This document shows, piece after piece, positions 60,500 through 64,000 of a stretch of 64,000 nt of DNA (positions within the stretch are counted from its first letter, which is position 1; each line of letters begins with the position of its first letter). The position numbers were made by a program, and so were the translations under genes. Source of the DNA: an uncultured Sutterella sp. (GTDB taxonomy: Bacteria; Pseudomonadota; Gammaproteobacteria; Burkholderiales; Burkholderiaceae_F); the NCBI GenBank assembly GCA_905206365.1, contig CAJLHF010000003.1, positions 2,589 to 66,588 of the forward strand, in the 5' to 3' direction. Below the pieces are notes generated by a model that saw nothing but the letters and a program-made list of their open reading frames with translations, was not told where the DNA came from and ran no database searches.

Positions 60500-60987
60500 A
60501 GCCGTTCCCCGGAAAGTGCCGTCCGACGGGTGTGTTCCGCCCGGGTCGGTTCCTCCGGGCAGAGACGAACGGCTGCGTGCTGTTTGGAAAAAATTGAAGT
60601 GGCGCTCATTTTAGCGCAGAGACGCGACCGCATCGGTCGACCCAAGACGAGATGAGAATCGCGCCCGGGACACGGTGTCGTCCGCCATGTATATGCGGGT
60701 TTGGGAAAGTCGGGAAGGTCGAATTCTGTTAAAATCCTCGCTCTTCTCGCAGAGGAGTAGCCGGGAAGGGCGTCTGAGACGCCGTTTCCGTCCGCGTCAA
60801 CATACTTGGCGTCCGGTTTTCCCACCTTTCGGACCCATGGCGCGGATAGCGGGGTTGCGCGCAACGCGCACCGTGTCGGCAAGATCTGCGAAGGCATCCG
60901 ATGCGACCGGGCGGGACCGGCGGCGGAGGCCTTCGTACGATTGTTCGCCGCCGACAGCCCGCCCTTTCTTTTTTCCCGGACCCCATC

Positions 60988-61554
60988 ATGATTTTCGAGT
61001 CGCTTACCCTCTCGACCCTTGTCGTCACGGCCGCCGAAATCGGCGACAAGACCCAGTTGCTCGCGCTGTGTCTTGCGGCGCGTTTTCGCGCTCCGGTGCC
61101 GATCGTGCTCGGTATTCTCGCCGCCACCGTTTTGAATCACTTGTTGGCCGGACTCCTCGGCCTCTCGGTGGCGAGCTTTCTCACGCCCGAGACGCTCAAG
61201 TGGATTCTCGTGCTCTCGTTCCTCGCGATGGGGCTCTGGATGCTCGTTCCCGACAAGATCGACGAAGAGGATTGCGAGAGCGCCCCGAACACCTACGGCG
61301 TGTTCGTGACGACGGCCATGCTCTTTTTCCTCGCGGAAATGGGTGACAAGACGCAACTTGCAACCGTGGCGCTCGCCGCGCACTACCACGACGCGATTTT
61401 CGTCGTGGCGGGGACGACCCTCGGGATGTTGATCGCGGACGTGCCCGCGGTTTTCGTGGGCGACAAGCTTTCGAAGAAAATCAGTATGGTTTGGATGCGT
61501 CGCATCGCGGCCGTGATCTTCCTCGGGTTCGCCGTCGCGTCCTACTTCGCCTAA
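60988..61554 (+). CDS. UPF0016 (GDT1/TMEM165) family membrane protein, putative Mn2+/Ca2+:H+ antiporter
   Basis: 188 aa from internal ATG; two E-x-G-D-K-T repeats (EIGDKTQLLAL and EMGDKTQLATVALAA), each in a 3-TM half. Confidence 0.8.
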   Translation: MIFESLTLSTLVVTAAEIGDKTQLLALCLAARFRAPVPIVLGILAATVLNHLLAGLLGLSVASFLTPETLKWILVLSFLAMGLWMLVPDKIDEEDCESAPNTYGVFVTTAMLFFLAEMGDKTQLATVALAAHYHDAIFVVAGTTLGMLIADVPAVFVGDKLSKKISMVWMRRIAAVIFLGFAVASYFA

Positions 61555-61680
61555 GACGCCGTAGCGCATTCCTCGAAGCGGCAGTTCGAAACAATGAAAG
61601 GGGCGCGTGCCGCAACGGTACACGCCCCTTCGAGCATTCGGGCGGCGGTTGCACGCCTCCGCCCGGGACCATTCGAACCC

Positions 61681-62442
61681 TTAGTAGTTGTAGCGCACGC
61701 CCGCGCCGAGCACCCACTTCACGTCGTCGTCGACGATCGGGCTGTCCTTGACTTCGGACGGGAGTACCGTGGCGGAAGCCGTACCGAAGAGCGACCAGTT
61801 CGCGCCGAGCTTGTAATTGACGTCCATGCCGAAGGAGGGTGTCAGGGCGGCGTCGGGCGAATAGGCGTTGAAGCCCGAGCGGCGCGATTCGGCGTTCGAG
61901 ACCCCGTAATAGTACTCGTTGAAGTTTTCGCTCGCCCACGTCAACGTGGCAAAGGGCGCGAGCGTGAGTTCGCCGAGCTGCACGGGGTAACGGTAGGAGC
62001 CGATCATGAGGAGGCCGTCGCTTTTGCCGAGTACGTCGACGTGCATGCTCGCGTCGACGATGCCGAAGCGGCTCGTCCAGCGGTAGCCGACCGAGGCGGC
62101 CATTGAGGTGTCGCGCTTCTTGAGGGTCTGCATGCGCGCGTCGTCGGAATCGTCCGGATCGAAGAACATCGGCATCCAGCCGAGGCCGAGACGGACGGAA
62201 TGCGCTTCGTTCTTGAAGAGATAAACGCCGCCCGAGATGCCGTGCGCCCAGAAGAGGTCCGATTCGACCGTGAGAAGGGGAAGCGGGTAGTAGACGGGAT
62301 CCGTGTCGACGTACTCGGACGAGGTGACGTAGAGCGCGCCGCCGAGGCTCACCTGAGCGGGCGCGGCCTGAAGAGCGGCGGGGAGCGCAAACGCGGCGGA
62401 AATCGCGGAAACGAGCGCAAGCTTGCGGAACGAAGCGGTCAT
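61681..62442 (-). CDS. MipA/OmpV-family outer-membrane protein
   Basis: ~253 aa; signal peptide ending ALQA; beta-barrel pattern with C-terminal ...LGAGVRYNY; start at 62442 or 62454. Confidence 0.75.
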   Translation of the reverse strand: MTASFRKLALVSAISAAFALPAALQAAPAQVSLGGALYVTSSEYVDTDPVYYPLPLLTVESDLFWAHGISGGVYLFKNEAHSVRLGLGWMPMFFDPDDSDDARMQTLKKRDTSMAASVGYRWTSRFGIVDASMHVDVLGKSDGLLMIGSYRYPVQLGELTLAPFATLTWASENFNEYYYGVSNAESRRSGFNAYSPDAALTPSFGMDVNYKLGANWSLFGTASATVLPSEVKDSPIVDDDVKWVLGAGVRYNY

Positions 62443-62530
62443 GAGAAAACTCAAAAAAAGAAAAAGGAAATCGGGGTCGAAGGAATCGACCGGATCGACG
62501 CGACGGGGACAGATCGGACGATTGCATATT

Positions 62531-62554
62531 AAACTGAACCGTACAGTTCAGTTT
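62531..62554. promoter_or_regulatory. Perfect palindrome AAACTGAAC-CGTACA-GTTCAGTTT ~80 bp upstream of mipA, in the mipA/tetR divergent region; candidate TetR-type operator
   Basis: 9-6-9 inverted repeat seen directly; a further ACTGAA half-site lies 10 bp downstream. Confidence 0.45.
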
Positions 62555-62827
62555 TCGTATGACTGAATTGCGGAGTGTAGTTATACTTTTTCGTGCTGTC
62601 AATGAACGTCTGTTCGTTTTTCTTCGAGAATTCGCTCGAAGGACGTGCGTTGGCCGGATTGAGCGTCTTTCCCCGTACCTACGCCCGGACGCGCCTTCCG
62701 CTATGCTTTTTTACAGGTGTCGATCGAGCGGCGTGAGCGAACCGCGATTTCCTCACGCCGATATTGCGTCGACATTGAGAACAACCGCCGAAATCGACCG
62801 CCGACACGTGCGACCCGAACCTTTCCC

Positions 62828-63442
62828 ATGAAGACCCTTTCTCCGATTCGCAGGGAATCCATCCTTGCCGCCGCCTATGCTCTGATCGACGCCGACGGAC
62901 TTGAGGGCGCATCGATGGATCGCATCGCCCGCGAAGCGGGCGTCTCGAAGACGACGCTCTACAACTACTACCCCTCGAAGGAAGAGCTTCTGCGTGCGGT
63001 GATCGTGCGGTACGCGACCTCGTTTCTCACGCGTTCCGTGGAGGATCTCGTCGCGGCGGAGGATTCCCCCGAGCCGCTCGAAGCGAAGCTTCGTACGTTT
63101 GCCGGGCACGTTCTCGACTTCCTCTATCGCGAGAAGTCGGTCGGACGTTTTTACCGTTTGATCGTAGGGGCGTCGGTACACTCCGACGTGGGACGACTCT
63201 TTCGAAGCGCAGGCCCCGAAGAGGCCATGCAGGCTGTGGCTGCCTACCTGAAGCGTCGCATGGATGCGGGCGAACTTGCCCCGGCCGACCCGTACTTGCG
63301 CGCGCGGCAACTGATGGCGCTCATTCGCGCGGAAACGGACGCGTACCTGCTCTCGCAGGACTTCCCCGACTTCCGCCCCGAAGACGTCGAGGCGATGAGC
63401 GCGCGGGCGGCCGCCTTCTTCTTCGAAGGCGCGAAGACCTGA
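62828..63442 (+). CDS. TetR/AcrR-family transcriptional regulator
   Basis: 204 aa from internal ATG; N-terminal HTH (MDRIAREAGVSKTTLYNYYPSKEELL); the first 37 codons of ORF 62717..63442 are not coding. Confidence 0.85.
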   Translation: MKTLSPIRRESILAAAYALIDADGLEGASMDRIAREAGVSKTTLYNYYPSKEELLRAVIVRYATSFLTRSVEDLVAAEDSPEPLEAKLRTFAGHVLDFLYREKSVGRFYRLIVGASVHSDVGRLFRSAGPEEAMQAVAAYLKRRMDAGELAPADPYLRARQLMALIRAETDAYLLSQDFPDFRPEDVEAMSARAAAFFFEGAKT

Positions 63443-63469
63443 TCCGAGGCCCTATCGAAAGTTCGAGCG

Positions 63470-63503
63470 AAGGCCTGCCGAAGCGGCGGGCCTTCGTTTT
63501 TTT
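63470..63503 (+). terminator. Terminator after the TetR gene, convergent with mutS
   Basis: AAGGCCTGCCG-aagc-GGCGGGCCTT stem followed by a T7 run. Confidence 0.5.
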
Positions 63504-63510
63504 CAAACGT

Positions 63511-64000
63511 TCACACGCCGCTTTCGTCGGATGCCTCGAAGCGGGCTTCGGTTTCTTCGAGCGCCGACTTCAGCGCGGGAAGCGTCCCGTAGAGGAGTTC
63601 GAGCGCCGCGCGCGGCGTCAGACTGTCGAGGTCCGTCGCGCAGAGTGCTTCGACGCGATCGAGGAAGGGTCGAAGGTCCTCCGCCGTGAGGCCCGGGGCC
63701 TTCGCGTCGAACGCATCCTCGCCGAACTCATCGTCCGAAGCCGGCGCGTCGAGAAGCGGATCGTGCGGCAGGTCGAAGAGCGACGGCTGCATCCCGGGCA
63801 TCTTCCCCGCTTCAAGGTCCCGGAGCACTTCACGCGCTCGGCGAACGACCTTGGGCGGAACCCCCGCGAGTTGCGCCACCGCGATCCCGTAGGAGCGGTT
63901 GGCGGGGCCTTCCGTGATTTCGTGAAGGAAGACGACGCGGGACTTTGCCTGCGTGGCCGCCACGTGCACGTTCGCCACACCCCGCAGTTCTTCGGCGAAC
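63511..64000 (-). CDS. mutS: DNA mismatch repair protein MutS, C-terminal part only (the gene runs beyond the window end)
   Basis: C-terminal MutS block [42 protein letters not shown]; the reading frame stays open to position 64000. Confidence 0.8.
   Translation of the reverse strand, partial: FAEELRGVANVHVAATQAKSRVVFLHEITEGPANRSYGIAVAQLAGVPPKVVRRAREVLRDLEAGKMPGMQPSLFDLPHDPLLDAPASDDEFGEDAFDAKAPGLTAEDLRPFLDRVEALCATDLDSLTPRAALELLYGTLPALKSALEETEARFEASDESGV

Overview
This is a high-GC (~65%) bacterial chromosome window that is densely coding on both strands, mostly housekeeping genes. Gene content points to a menaquinone-using, anaerobically respiring betaproteobacterium of the Burkholderiales (Sutterellaceae-like). 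That placement is an inference from the presence of a Bug/TctC binding protein, MenB/MenE, a Tat-exported fumarate-reductase-like flavoprotein, a betaproteobacterial-type porin and the smc-zipA-ligA cluster. Other recognisable genes are nth with an RnfB-like ferredoxin, fpr, fdxA, a CoA-disulfide-reductase/rhodanese fusion, dinB, polA, the xseB-ispA-dxs operon, murB, rpsT, murJ, an ABC-F ATPase, prmB, mtnP, def and a partial mutS. There is also a Fur-regulated iron-siderophore uptake locus: a TonB-dependent receptor with exbB-exbD-tonB, divergent from fecCD-type permeases, an ATPase and two tandem binding proteins. The most unusual feature is a ~2.9 kb segment (16.0-18.9 kb) with lower GC and different codon usage, bounded by imperfect 51-bp direct repeats. 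It carries a LysR regulator divergent from a Tat-signal FAD flavoprotein, next to a DctA-like dicarboxylate symporter, and looks like a horizontally acquired respiratory-reductase cassette. Other points worth a second look are a ~1 kb low-GC gap between smc and zipA containing a disrupted ORF, a divergent pair of uncharacterised genes (a very acidic small protein and a 371-aa protein with no recognisable motif), a small DUF4236-like membrane protein, two YgiW/BOF paralogues, an AT-rich 500-bp intergenic region with a T8 tract, and several palindromic operator candidates. There are no CRISPR arrays, rRNA/tRNA genes, transposases or integrases. Many long ORFs in the six-frame track are antisense artefacts of the high GC content.
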